Positions 37,829 to 48,130 are shown, numbered from the stretch's first letter. The stretch is 64,000 bases of DNA from Candidatus Poribacteria bacterium (GCA_965242965.1 OZ251518.1:1376001-1440000); one strand, 5' to 3'. Numbers and translations: made by a program. The notes: generated from the letters alone by a model not told the origin.

Positions 37829-40186
37829 ATGATTTACAAAACTTTTACCTTTTGGCTATGCTTCATCGGCTTCAGCGTGCTGGCACTCATCCTAGCGAAC
37901 GTGCCGCTGTTTAACCTGCTCGGATATGAGTTCTCCGCCGTGCTGGCACTCGGCATCGCGTTCGCAGGCGCGTTTATTGCGATAACAGTGCGACAGCAGA
38001 TGAAACGCGACCCGGGCGCGACAATCGGTTCGCCCGCGCAGCGCGTGATGCGCTGTTTCTGGCGCGCTCTATCGGCGAACGTTGTTATCCTGATGGCACC
38101 CCTCAGCATCATACTGCTGAACGCGTTCCGGGTGCAGAATTGCAATATCGGCGAAGGGCTCCTCTTCTTCGGATTATTGCCCGGGGTCAGCTGCCTTTAC
38201 GCCACTGCCGCGGGTGTCTTCTTCGGGACATGGCTGCACAACCGGTGGAAGGCGTTTTTGTCTTACATCGGCTACATTGTCCTCACCTATATTCCGCTGG
38301 TGATAAACCTCGTGTGGCATCCGCCGGTATTCGCGTATCACGCGACGTTCGGCTATTTCCCGGGTCCGATTTACGATGAGCGGATTGTAATAACGGGAAC
38401 GCTGCTCATCGCGCGGGCATGCACGTTGATGGGGGCACTGTTGTTCTTAAGCATCGCCGTGAATACCTGCGAGGTGAGCCGAGAAAGCGGATGGTTGCCG
38501 CGCCTGAAGTGGCATGCCTTGTTGCATTTTCGTTCAATGAGACACCTGTCTATCTATTTCCTCGCTATCATGGTCTTCGGGACGTATCTCTACGCCGGCG
38601 AATTAGGGATGCGGCCCTCACGAGACGATATCGCGCGGAAACTAGGCGGCTTCCGCGAAACGGAACATTTTGAAATCTACTACGCCACATCGTTAGAAGG
38701 GCACATTGAACTTATTGCACAAGATTGCGAGTTTCAATACGCGGAAGTAGCGAATTATCTGGGCACAGAAACGCAGCAGAAAGTGCGCGCCTATATTTAC
38801 GCATCGCCTGAGCAGAAAAAGCGGTTGATTGGCGCAGGCAGCACTTCCGTAGAAGACCCGGGGGGACACGGCTTCCACATCCATGCACAAGGATTTCCGC
38901 ATCCGGTGCTGAAGCATGAACTCGCACACGTCTTTACCGTGCCCTGGTCCCCCTTGAAGGTGAGTCTCAAGATAGGGCTGCACGAGGGCATCGCCGTTGC
39001 AGCCGATTGGGAGGAGGGAAGATTGACACCGCATCAGTGGGCAAAGGCGATGCGGCAGCTGCAACTCGCGCCATCGCTTTCGGACATCATGGGCATCGGG
39101 TTTTGGGGACAGGCAGGTTCGCGGAGTTATCTGCTGACAGGCTCGTTCGTGCGGTTCCTCGTGGATACTCACGGCATTGAGAAGTTCATCCGTGTTTTTC
39201 CAACGGGCAATTTTGAAAAGCATTACGGCAAAGCGTTGCATCAGTTAGAGGCGGAGTGGGCAACATTTTTAGACAGCGTTCCGTTGTCAGATTCGGCGGT
39301 GGTGTATGCGAAGACCCGTTTACAGCCGGGCGGTATCTTTGAAAAGCACTGCGCTCACGAGATTGCGGCTTTGCGGCACGATGCATGGCAGGCATACCGC
39401 CGAAGAGATTTTGCCACCGCCGCGAAAACCTTTGAACAGATGCTCGCTTTTGAACCGGATAATGTGAGAAGTGTGCGCGGGCTGATGTTCAGCGCATATC
39501 GGCTGAAAGATTACGAACGCGCGCGCTCGCTCGCGAATAACCTCGCCGCAGACCTGGTTCATCAAAACGTAGGGCGCGGGCCTGTCCCGCGCCATGTTGA
39601 AAGCACCCAGGAGAACGTAGGGCGCGGGCCTGTCCCGCGCCATGTCGGAAGTACCCAGAGGGCAGAAGCCCAAATATTAATCGGCGACATCCACTGGCTG
39701 AAAGACGAACCAGCGGCAGCAACGCAGGCATACCTCGCTGTCCAAACGGTAGATGCCCGGATGCAGCGCAACGTTACCAAACGGCTCGCCGCACTCTCAG
39801 AGGAAAGCGGACAAAAGCACCTCCGCAGTGTGCTTCTAGCGCAGGAAAGTAACGCAGAAAAGATGGCGCGTTTATCTGCCTGCAAGGCGAGCTTTTTGAC
39901 ACATTTCCTCGCCGGTGAACTGCTTCACAGAGAAGGCGCATGGGAGATGAGCAATCAACATCTCAAACAAGCAGTAGCACTCAATGAAAACACCACTTCA
40001 CGTTTTCCGCAACTGATGTTGGAAGCGACAAGATTAATAGGGCTCAACGCCTATCGTTTGGGGGATTACGCAACTGCCGAAAACGCCTTCTCGGCGATAG
40101 CAGAAGATGAGACTTTACCGCTGGGCACCGTCCTGAACGCGCAAACGTGGATTCGTAGGTGCCAGTGGAGTGCAGGAACCCAGTAG
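37829..40186 (+). CDS. Multi-pass membrane protein with peptidase MA-like (gluzincin) domain and TPR-like C-terminus
   Basis: About 7 TM segments; ETEHFEIYY; HELAH...GLHEGIA; SY...SFVRFL; helical repeats. Confidence 0.8.
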   Translation: MIYKTFTFWLCFIGFSVLALILANVPLFNLLGYEFSAVLALGIAFAGAFIAITVRQQMKRDPGATIGSPAQRVMRCFWRALSANVVILMAPLSIILLNAFRVQNCNIGEGLLFFGLLPGVSCLYATAAGVFFGTWLHNRWKAFLSYIGYIVLTYIPLVINLVWHPPVFAYHATFGYFPGPIYDERIVITGTLLIARACTLMGALLFLSIAVNTCEVSRESGWLPRLKWHALLHFRSMRHLSIYFLAIMVFGTYLYAGELGMRPSRDDIARKLGGFRETEHFEIYYATSLEGHIELIAQDCEFQYAEVANYLGTETQQKVRAYIYASPEQKKRLIGAGSTSVEDPGGHGFHIHAQGFPHPVLKHELAHVFTVPWSPLKVSLKIGLHEGIAVAADWEEGRLTPHQWAKAMRQLQLAPSLSDIMGIGFWGQAGSRSYLLTGSFVRFLVDTHGIEKFIRVFPTGNFEKHYGKALHQLEAEWATFLDSVPLSDSAVVYAKTRLQPGGIFEKHCAHEIAALRHDAWQAYRRRDFATAAKTFEQMLAFEPDNVRSVRGLMFSAYRLKDYERARSLANNLAADLVHQNVGRGPVPRHVESTQENVGRGPVPRHVGSTQRAEAQILIGDIHWLKDEPAAATQAYLAVQTVDARMQRNVTKRLAALSEESGQKHLRSVLLAQESNAEKMARLSACKASFLTHFLAGELLHREGAWEMSNQHLKQAVALNENTTSRFPQLMLEATRLIGLNAYRLGDYATAENAFSAIAEDETLPLGTVLNAQTWIRRCQWSAGTQ

Positions 40187-40478
40187 GAGGAACATCCCGT
40201 TTGTGCTCAGGCGAGCACAAACTACAGAGGAGGCGGGCGCGCAGGAACCCAGTAGGAGGGACATCCCTGTCCCGATATGCTTTTTCAAAAATGCATCGAG
40301 ACCGGGAGGTCTCTCCTACCGCAGCGGGACATCCTTGTCCCGATATACCTCTTCGGTAGGAGGGACATCCCTGTCCCGATAGGCACATCGAGACCAGGAG
40401 GTCTCTCCTACAGCGGCAGAAATCGAGACAGGGAGGGCCCGGCGGCCCGTCTACGGCGGAAAAGGAGACATAGACATA

Positions 40479-42416
40479 ATGAAACTTTTTGTTCCAGGGC
40501 GAATCTGCCTCTTCGGCGAACATAGCGACTGGGCAGGCGGACATCGCCGCAGCAACGCACAACTTGAAAAAGGTTATACGCTCATTACCAGCACAAACCA
40601 GGGTGTCTACGCCGATGTCCAACCGCACCCAACATCGCTGAAACTGAAAACCACTCTGAGCGACGGCACGCGCCAAGGGCCTTATACTTTGCCGATGGAG
40701 CAAGACGCGCTCCTCGCCGAAGCGGAGAAAGGCGGCTTCTTTAGTTACGCCGCCGGTGTGGCATACCAAATCTTGACCAATTATCGCGTGCGAGGACTTG
40801 AAATCGACAACTACCTCACCGATCTGCCGGTAAAGAAGGGGCTCTCTTCTAGTGCAGCCATCTGTGTCATGGTTGCGCGCGCGTTTAATCGCATCTATGA
40901 TCTGAAGATGACGACGCGCGGCGAGATGGAATACGCCTACAGAGGCGAAACGACGACACCCTCGCGCTGCGGACGGATGGACCAGGGATGCGCCTACACG
41001 CACCCTATCTTAATGACATTTGACGGAGACAGGGTGGATGTCAGCGAGGTGAGCGTTCCCGAAGCCCTATATCTCGTCATCGTAGACCTGGGCGCGGGAA
41101 AAGATACACGACTTATCCTGAATCAACTCAACCACTGCTACCCGTTCGCTGAAACGCAGCTGGACAGAAATGTGCAGCATTACCTCGGGCCGCTGAGTGC
41201 CGAAATTACGCAGGCAGCCTATCAGGCACTCCGCGCAGGCGATGCAGCGGCAGTCGGTGCCTTAATGCGCCGCGCACAAGAAGAGTTTGATAAACACCTC
41301 ATCCCCGCCTGTCCCTCCGAATTGAAGGCTCCTGTCCTCCATCAGGTGCTTAACTATGAACCTATCCAGCCTTACATTTGGGGTGGCAAAGGTGTCGGTT
41401 CGCAAGGCGACGGGTCTGCGCAATTCATCGCCAAAGACGAAGAGAGCCAACGGAAGGTTATTGAAATTATTGAGCGCGATTTAGGAATGTCGTGTCTCAA
41501 GCTGGTCATCGAGGCAGGGCGGCATATCCGCAAGGCAGTGATTCCCGCGGCAGGATTTGGCACACGTCTCTTCCCCGCCTCCAAGGCACTCAAAAAGGAG
41601 TTGTTTCCTGTGATTGACAGCACCGGGCGCGCGAAACCGGCGATTATGGCTATCGTCGAAGAGGCGGTGAACGCCGGGATTGAGGAAGTCTGCCTCATTG
41701 TCCAGAAAAGCGATACGGCACTTTTTGAATCCTTCTTCAAGACACCGCCGCGCATCGAACACTACAATAAACTCAGCACAGAAAACAAGGCATATTGCGA
41801 CTACGTGCTGGAACTCGGCAGGCGCGTGACGTTCGTTACGCAAGACGTGCAGGAGGGATTCGGACACGCCGTTTATTGCGCCTGCGACTGGGTAGGCAAC
41901 GAACCGTTCCTGTTGATGCTCGGGGACCATCTCTACGGTTCCGATGAGGAGAGCTCTTGCGCGAAGCAGGTTTTGGACGCGTATGCGCGCGTCCGACACA
42001 GCGTCGTCGGACTAAAGGTTACGCCGATTGAGGAGTTGTCTAACTTCGGATGCGTCGCAGGGGTATGGCAGGAAGAAAAGGGCAGCCGAGAACAACATTC
42101 CCTCTTGCAGGTGACAGAGTTTTACGAGAAACCGGATGCGGACTACGCGCGCGAGTATCTGCACGTTGACGGGATGGCACCGGACGAATTCCTATCCGTT
42201 TTCGGCATTTACGCGCTCACGCCGCAGATATTTGCGTTCCTTGAACAGAACATCACGCACAACCACCGCGAGCACGGCGAATTCCAACTCACTTCTTGTT
42301 TAGATGAGTTGCGGAAATCGGAGGGGTTTTCGGGCTATCTCGTCAAGGGGAGACGCTTTGACATTGGGCTGCCAGAGGAGTATCGGCAGACAGTCATCGA
42401 TTTTCGGAATGCCTGA
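40479..42416 (+). CDS. GHMP sugar kinase fused to GalU-like NTP-sugar pyrophosphorylase
   Basis: PGRICLFGEHSD, LPVKKGLSSSAA, CGRMDQ, GSQGDG; then KAVIPAAGFGTRLFPASKALKKE, GFGHAV, LGD, YEKP, GEFQLT. Confidence 0.9.
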   Translation: MKLFVPGRICLFGEHSDWAGGHRRSNAQLEKGYTLITSTNQGVYADVQPHPTSLKLKTTLSDGTRQGPYTLPMEQDALLAEAEKGGFFSYAAGVAYQILTNYRVRGLEIDNYLTDLPVKKGLSSSAAICVMVARAFNRIYDLKMTTRGEMEYAYRGETTTPSRCGRMDQGCAYTHPILMTFDGDRVDVSEVSVPEALYLVIVDLGAGKDTRLILNQLNHCYPFAETQLDRNVQHYLGPLSAEITQAAYQALRAGDAAAVGALMRRAQEEFDKHLIPACPSELKAPVLHQVLNYEPIQPYIWGGKGVGSQGDGSAQFIAKDEESQRKVIEIIERDLGMSCLKLVIEAGRHIRKAVIPAAGFGTRLFPASKALKKELFPVIDSTGRAKPAIMAIVEEAVNAGIEEVCLIVQKSDTALFESFFKTPPRIEHYNKLSTENKAYCDYVLELGRRVTFVTQDVQEGFGHAVYCACDWVGNEPFLLMLGDHLYGSDEESSCAKQVLDAYARVRHSVVGLKVTPIEELSNFGCVAGVWQEEKGSREQHSLLQVTEFYEKPDADYAREYLHVDGMAPDEFLSVFGIYALTPQIFAFLEQNITHNHREHGEFQLTSCLDELRKSEGFSGYLVKGRRFDIGLPEEYRQTVIDFRNA

Positions 42417-42461
42417 GGGAAGAGACTCGTCTACCTGTTGTTCACATCTTAGTTTCACGAG

Positions 42462-42920
42462 CGTAGGGCGAGGGCCTGTCCCTCGCCGCGCCTTGCTTGA
42501 TGTCTTCCCGGTAGGAGAGACCTCCCGGTCTCGATGCTGCCTGACCCGTTCGGGTGCAGGCGATCGCGAACTACGGTCTCTGAGCCGCCCTCTTCTGTAG
42601 GGCAAGATCGCCTGATTTTGACCTGTTTTACCGGGGTGGAAGTAGCGCGGGGGCCTGTCCCCCGCGATCGCTGCATGGCGAGGGAAACCCGCTCGCATGC
42701 GCGTGGGGCATGCGAGGGCCCACGCCCTACGGTATTTTACAAGGTCTAGGCACGGCGAGGGACAGGCCCTCGCCCTACGGTGAAAAGGGCAGACTAAGCC
42801 CCGTAGCGCGGGGGCCTGTCCCCCGCGATCGCTGCATGGCGAGGGACAGGCCCTCGCCCTACGACGAAAAGGGGTCAGTCTGAGCCGTAGCGCGGGGGCC
42901 TGTCCCTCGCGATCGCTGCC
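42462..42920. repeat. REP-like cluster
   Basis: Multiple GTAGGGCGAGGGCCTGTCCCTCGCC and GTAGCGCGGGGGCCTGTCCCCCGCGA copies in both orientations. Confidence 0.85.
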
Positions 42921-42933
42921 TCATCATCCAATT

Positions 42934-43842
42934 CTAACTGGTAGCATCAGCATCAAGCTGCCGAAGGACCTCCTCAATTCTCTCGATGTTGACTTCATCG
43001 CCATCCTGTTGGGCGAGTCGCAAGGCAGTGTGGAGTTCTTCCTTCGCCTCCGAAATACGCCCGAGCAAAGCTTTCATTAAACCCCGCCCGAGATACGCTA
43101 ATACGAAATGCGGTCTGAGCTCAATCGCCCGGTCGAAATCGACTAGGGCATCAACAGGTTTCCCCATATCATACTTTAACTCGCCCCGATTGTAGTAAGC
43201 CTCGGCATCCTGCGGGTTGAGTTCGATGGCTCTGCTGAAATCAGCCAAGGCGGCATCGTGTCTGCCCAAAATTGCCTTCACAACGCCGCGATTGTCAAAG
43301 GCTCTACCCTCCTCCGGCTCAAGCAGGATGGCTCTGTCGTAATCGGCGATAGCGGCAGTGTATTTGCCCAACTTCCGCTTGGCAACGCCGCGGTTAAGAT
43401 AGGCATGCGCGAACTCCGGAGCGATTTGGAGCGCAAGGTTAAAATCTTCGATGGCGGCCAGCTGCTCGCCTAGGGCATCCTTCAAAACACCGCGATTGAC
43501 ATAGGCAGGCGCAAGCTCGGGGGCGAGACGGATTGCCGCGTCGTAATCGTCAATAGCAGCATGGTAACGCCCCAAAGCAGTCTTCGCAGTCCCCCGATTG
43601 ACATACGTTCCGATATCCTCAGGGTTGAGTTTGAGTGCCCTATCAAAATCCGAAATAGCGGCGGCAGGCTCCCCGAGGAGGGCTTTCGCGAGCCCACGGC
43701 TCCCGTACGCCTCGGCGAAATCAGGTTTGAGACGGATGGCTTTGGTGTAAGCCTCAATAGAACCCTGGTAGTCGCCTAGTCTGTCTTTCACGTTTCCGGA
43801 TTTGAAATAGGTTTTGGCAGAAGTTTTTTTAGAACGTTTCAT
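42934..43842 (-). CDS. Tetratricopeptide repeat protein
   Basis: About 8 AY.NRG..K..LG....AI.D...AI.L.P repeats; start at MKRSKK. Confidence 0.9.
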   Translation of the reverse strand: MKRSKKTSAKTYFKSGNVKDRLGDYQGSIEAYTKAIRLKPDFAEAYGSRGLAKALLGEPAAAISDFDRALKLNPEDIGTYVNRGTAKTALGRYHAAIDDYDAAIRLAPELAPAYVNRGVLKDALGEQLAAIEDFNLALQIAPEFAHAYLNRGVAKRKLGKYTAAIADYDRAILLEPEEGRAFDNRGVVKAILGRHDAALADFSRAIELNPQDAEAYYNRGELKYDMGKPVDALVDFDRAIELRPHFVLAYLGRGLMKALLGRISEAKEELHTALRLAQQDGDEVNIERIEEVLRQLDADATS

Positions 43843-43874
43843 CGTTTTGCACCTCATCAACTGAAAAGGGAAGC

Positions 43875-44115
43875 ATGGCGAGGGCCTGTCCCTCGCCCTA
43901 CGGTGAAAAAAGATCAGCCTGAACCGTAGCGCGGGGGACAGGCCCCCGCGATCGCTGCATGGCGAGGAATTGTCCCTCGCCCTACAGTGAAAAAGATCAG
44001 CCTGAACCGTAGCGCGGGGGACAGGCCCCCGCGATCGCTGCATGGCGAGGGACAGGCCCTCGCCCTACGGTAACTGTAAAGGGACAGGTGGCGAGGGACA
44101 GACCCTCCTCCTACG
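43875..44115. repeat. REP-like cluster with an ~84-nt tandem unit
   Basis: GCATGGCGAGG..TGTCCCTCGCCCTAC.GTGAAAAAGATCAGCCTGAACCGTAGCGCGGGGGACAGGCCCCCGCGATCGCT repeated. Confidence 0.8.
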
Positions 44116-45547
44116 GTAAAGGAGAAAGGGAACCATACTGGAACGCGCGCTGCTTATAGAGATGCTCAAACAGATTCCCCTCGTGCGGGCTGTCCCAAGA
44201 AATCTGATTCGTCGGGATTGCACCGATATTCAACCTGTCAATTAAGGGGGTTGCGAGGACTTCTGAAATGAGTTTCTCATCATCGGTAATCGCAGTGGCA
44301 ACTAAAGTCTGCCCGATGGATTTAACCAGTTCTGCCTTCGGCACCTGCACAACGCTGACGAACGGAAAGGGGAATTCGGTATTTGCCAATGGATGCTCGG
44401 CATCCTCACACCAGATTACCGTCGGACGGAGGAAGGTGCAGCCATCTAACGCCACCAACCGTTCGCCGGGTGTCATCTCCGTTGCGCCCGATATTTTCAG
44501 GTTTGCATCGATAGACGCGGATATGGCTTGGGCGGCTTTCGGATTCGCCCACGCTGCGATTTGCGCTTCGGGATGTTCCAGCGGCTTCGGTTCAATGCGC
44601 AATAAACGTTCGGCTACCGCCGCCGCAATCTCTTTTCCGTGTGTGGTTACCCATACCCCGGAAGCATTAATGCATGAGCGTCCGCCGTTTTTGGCAACAG
44701 ATTCCACGATGATGTCCAGATACTTCTCCCATCCGCCTGCCTGACACTGCGCTTCATCCATGACGATTTTGCTGCGCCCCGGTCCGTGAATTTCAACGCT
44801 CGGGGTGTTCACCCATGCGGCAATTGTAGGGCCGCTGCCGAAAAGCATAGCCCTGCCGCAACGGAACAAGATGTCGTTTGCGCCGGCATAATCGGTAGGA
44901 TAGAAACTGAACGCCTCCGGTGCGCATCCGGCTTTCATAAACGCCTGCGCTATCCGATAGGGTGTCCACGGCTCTTCGCGTCCCGGTTTTAGCACGAGCG
45001 GGACTTTCAACGGAATAGCGGGGAGCCAGAGTGAATGCACGCCGGGAGAATTGCTTGGCAACACCGCGCCTAGCGCGTCGGTTTCACAAACATACATCAA
45101 CGTTCGCCTTTCTTGCGCGCCCCATCCTCGGCCCGCATCAAAAATGCGCATATCCAGGCCTCGCGTCAGCCCGGCTAGCACTGCCTCCATCTCCTCTAAA
45201 ACAGTCTGAATCTTCCGCATATTTTGGAGACAGAGGGATTCGGGCATCCCTGTCGTGCCGGAGACATGCCGGATATACTCTTCAGGCGATTGCGACGTTC
45301 CATGAAGTGGAAGTTCCGCTGTCGTGAAAAGGCGCGCCGCCTCCTTGCACATCGCTATCAATTCCGCAAAGGTGTGGTTTCCAAGCACCTTCTTGTGGCG
45401 CGCCGTTTCCGCCAAGTCTTTCGCTATCAACCCGCGGTTGGCTTGGCTCACCTCGGCGAACGGTTCACCGGTTTTGATATGTGATAGGCGGACGGTGTTC
45501 AAACTTCTATAGGAACGGCCCGCCCGCAAAAGTGGGATGTGTATCAT
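44111..45547 (-). CDS. Aldehyde dehydrogenase superfamily protein (LuxC-like acyl reductase)
   Basis: LPSNSP, LKPG, LFGS, HGPGRS, GRSCINAS (catalytic Cys), TEFPFP. Confidence 0.8.
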   Translation of the reverse strand: MIHIPLLRAGRSYRSLNTVRLSHIKTGEPFAEVSQANRGLIAKDLAETARHKKVLGNHTFAELIAMCKEAARLFTTAELPLHGTSQSPEEYIRHVSGTTGMPESLCLQNMRKIQTVLEEMEAVLAGLTRGLDMRIFDAGRGWGAQERRTLMYVCETDALGAVLPSNSPGVHSLWLPAIPLKVPLVLKPGREEPWTPYRIAQAFMKAGCAPEAFSFYPTDYAGANDILFRCGRAMLFGSGPTIAAWVNTPSVEIHGPGRSKIVMDEAQCQAGGWEKYLDIIVESVAKNGGRSCINASGVWVTTHGKEIAAAVAERLLRIEPKPLEHPEAQIAAWANPKAAQAISASIDANLKISGATEMTPGERLVALDGCTFLRPTVIWCEDAEHPLANTEFPFPFVSVVQVPKAELVKSIGQTLVATAITDDEKLISEVLATPLIDRLNIGAIPTNQISWDSPHEGNLFEHLYKQRAFQYGSLSPLP

Positions 45548-45596
45548 GATTTCGAGGAAGAAATCGAGACCAGGAGGTCTCTCCTACTTCTTAGTC

Positions 45597-46298
45597 CTAA
45601 ACCTCTATCTTCGCTACCCACCCGGAGGCGGCATCGCAATAGAGGAAATCGTCGCCGTAGATGGAGAGTCCATGCGGTTCAGGATGTGCTTCAGGCACCT
45701 TAATTTCGTCTAAAATGGTGCCATCCTCCAGATCGAGTTTGGCGATAACCCGGTCGGACGTGTGCGTTACCCAGAGTCCATCTTCTACACGAACGGTCCC
45801 GTGTCCTCTGTCATAAGGCAGCGGCAGCGTGTGTTGGACGGACCAGTCGGAAATCCGCACCTTGTGTATCTCCCGATTTTTGAGGGTTTGCACCCAGAGA
45901 TGACCTTTGTCGTAGTTGTCATATTCTACGCCGTGCGTGCCACCGCCATCAGGCACCGGATACCGCGCGAGGGTTTCGCCGGTAGCAGGATGCACCTTGA
46001 AAATCTCGCCTGCACCGGGTTTCGCATCGGTATCTCGGACGGGCCGCCAGCGTTCCCCGGGTCCATTTGCGGCTAACCAGAGGGCACCACCGCCGTATGC
46101 CATGCCGCTGGTGTTGGAAGACTCACTCGGTATATCACGGATGAGTTTCGGCACGGTATAGTCCGGATCTGCGCCTATCTCCACTAGCGCGACTCTGTCG
46201 GTAATCTGATCGGCAATCCACAGGCCGTCGTCTGTAACCTGAAGCCCATTCGGCACCGCATAAGGTGACCGGAAAAGTTTTTCGATTGTTGTTTTCAT
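45597..46298 (-). CDS. Beta-propeller protein (glutaminyl cyclase/Vgb-like fold)
   Basis: Blade motifs PNGLQ..DDGLW, SGMAYGGGALW, HGVEYD...LW, PHGLSIYGD. Confidence 0.6.
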   Translation of the reverse strand: MKTTIEKLFRSPYAVPNGLQVTDDGLWIADQITDRVALVEIGADPDYTVPKLIRDIPSESSNTSGMAYGGGALWLAANGPGERWRPVRDTDAKPGAGEIFKVHPATGETLARYPVPDGGGTHGVEYDNYDKGHLWVQTLKNREIHKVRISDWSVQHTLPLPYDRGHGTVRVEDGLWVTHTSDRVIAKLDLEDGTILDEIKVPEAHPEPHGLSIYGDDFLYCDAASGWVAKIEV

Positions 46299-46349
46299 AT
46301 TGATAACCTATCCCTTCACGTAGGGCGAGGGCCTGTCCCTCGCCATTAT

Positions 46350-46686
46350 GAGGGTGTTTCCTAAATCACTCAACGTCGCCGGGGAAACCCGCTCGCATGC
46401 GCGTATGGCATCCGAGGGCCCCCGCGCTACGATAAAAAACGCTTCCCCTTCACGTAGGGCGAGGGCCTGTCCCTCGCCATCGTCCGTGCACTCCAATGCT
46501 CGCGGGGGACAGGCCCCCGCGCTACGGTGAAAATCAAGACTCACCACCCCTGTAGGTCAGGATCGCCTGATCCTGACCCGTTTGTGATCAGGCGATCACA
46601 AACTACAGAGGGGGCCAATGCCTTCCGGTATTCGCCCGCCTTCCAAGGCGGGATAAATACCGAAACGGAAGTTATGAAACACCCTC
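46350..46686. mobile_element. MITE-like element with inverted GAGGGTGTTTC(C/A)TAA ends and REP cargo
   Basis: GAGGGTGTTTCCTAA at 46350 and TTATGAAACACCCTC at 46672-46686; no target duplication seen. Confidence 0.5.
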
Positions 46687-46896
46687 AAAATGGTTCAGTT
46701 TCCGCGCGGCGAATTGGATAGAGGCGACAATGTCCTCCGGCTCCAGATCTGGCATTTCCACCAGAATCTCGTCAAAAGAGAGTCCGGCAGCCAGCAAATC
46801 CAAGACATCTGTCACCCGAATTCGCATGCCTCGGATGCAAGGTCGCCCGCCACACTGGCGTGGATTAAAAGTAATTCTGCTCATTGGATTTGACAT
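46672..46896 (-). CDS. DUF433 domain protein (antitoxin-like)
   Basis: RITFNPRQCGGRPCIRGMRIRVTDVLDLLAAG...PDLEPEDI. Confidence 0.9.
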   Translation of the reverse strand: MSNPMSRITFNPRQCGGRPCIRGMRIRVTDVLDLLAAGLSFDEILVEMPDLEPEDIVASIQFAARKLNHFEGVS

Positions 46897-46977
46897 GTTC
46901 GTATTCCGCAATGCGTCCGATGAGGGTTTCTAATCCGCATGCCCCCTTGTTCCATTGCCGCCAAAGGGAGAAAGCCG

Positions 46978-48081
46978 TTAATAAATTCCTACAACCACGC
47001 TCTCCTGAAGTTCGGTGAGCAAGCGCACGTTTTCAACGCCGTCCCACGGGTAACGCGCGATCGGTTTCGCGCGTTCCGCTTCGTCACGTTCAAGAAAGCG
47101 CGGCATGAAGAATTCCTTCGTCAATGTCGTTAGCATGACGCGCCCAGTTTCGCCGTAATCGACAGGTTCATCGGGATTCTCCGGGTTTACCAATTCTGTC
47201 ACGGCGCGCGGTTGCGGCGGATAATAGATAATCGCGTAGTTATCCGCCAGATCGAACGGTTTGCACGCGGCGAGCCCCATCAGTGTATTGCCGTAGGTGG
47301 GGACAAAATCGATGCCCGGCACGAGTTCTTCGCGCGCAAAACGGTGGAACTGCGCGTCCATCTCTGTCCCACCGCAGAAAATGCCCTTAATGCCAACCTT
47401 ATTCAGCGAAATTTTCTCACACAATGCCTCCAGCAGTTTCGGCGTGGTAAAGAGACACTGGACGTTTTCATGCGCCCGGAGGACATTGAGTCCCTGCGCA
47501 ACAACGTGATTTTTGTAGTCCTCTAAATCCTGATGTTTGCCATACCGCACGAGGCGGTTTACCCAGCGAGGATCCATGTCAACACAGAAGCATATCCCGC
47601 CGCGGTGTTGGGCAAGATGTTCAACGGCAAGCCGCAACCGCCGAGGCCCCGTAGGACCGAGCATTAAGAAATCGCTCCCCGGTGGAAATCCATCATCGGA
47701 CAACATCTCGCTAAACTGCTCATAATCCGTTTGGAAATCGCGGATGTTAATCCGACACTTCGGGATGCCGGTGGAGCCGCCCGTTTCAAAAACGTAAATA
47801 GGCTCATTCGCGTAAGCCTTAGGCACCCATCGTCGCACGGGACCGCCGCGCAGCCATTCGTCTTGGAAATGTCCGAGACGTTCCAGGTCTGCGTAGCCGC
47901 CAATCTCTTTTCCCGGGTCAAAATCGAGATTTTCGGCGAATTCTAGCCAGAAGGGGCACCCGGTTTTCGGACTGAAGTGCCAGTTGACAATGTCCCTGAC
48001 ATGCGCGTCAAGTTTCGCTTGAGCCTTCGCAATGTTTTGAGAGAGTTCTCGGTTTAAAATGTCCATTTTTCTCCGTGACAC
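46978..48081 (-). CDS. ANL-superfamily adenylation protein lacking the small C-terminal domain (PaaK/LuxE/EhpF-like)
   Basis: FETGGSTGIPK P-loop, TTPKLL, GGT, YGNT, GETGRV...LERD. Confidence 0.75.
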   Translation of the reverse strand: MSRRKMDILNRELSQNIAKAQAKLDAHVRDIVNWHFSPKTGCPFWLEFAENLDFDPGKEIGGYADLERLGHFQDEWLRGGPVRRWVPKAYANEPIYVFETGGSTGIPKCRINIRDFQTDYEQFSEMLSDDGFPPGSDFLMLGPTGPRRLRLAVEHLAQHRGGICFCVDMDPRWVNRLVRYGKHQDLEDYKNHVVAQGLNVLRAHENVQCLFTTPKLLEALCEKISLNKVGIKGIFCGGTEMDAQFHRFAREELVPGIDFVPTYGNTLMGLAACKPFDLADNYAIIYYPPQPRAVTELVNPENPDEPVDYGETGRVMLTTLTKEFFMPRFLERDEAERAKPIARYPWDGVENVRLLTELQESVVVGIY

Positions 48082-48130
48082 GGGCGGATAGAGACAGCCG
48101 CCCTTACAGTTCTAAGCCGTTGGCGGAACC

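Noticed and set aside
44111-48081. Bioluminescence (lux) or phenazine operon
   Set aside because: No luxA/B/D or phz core genes; only the adenylation and reductase-like pair is present.
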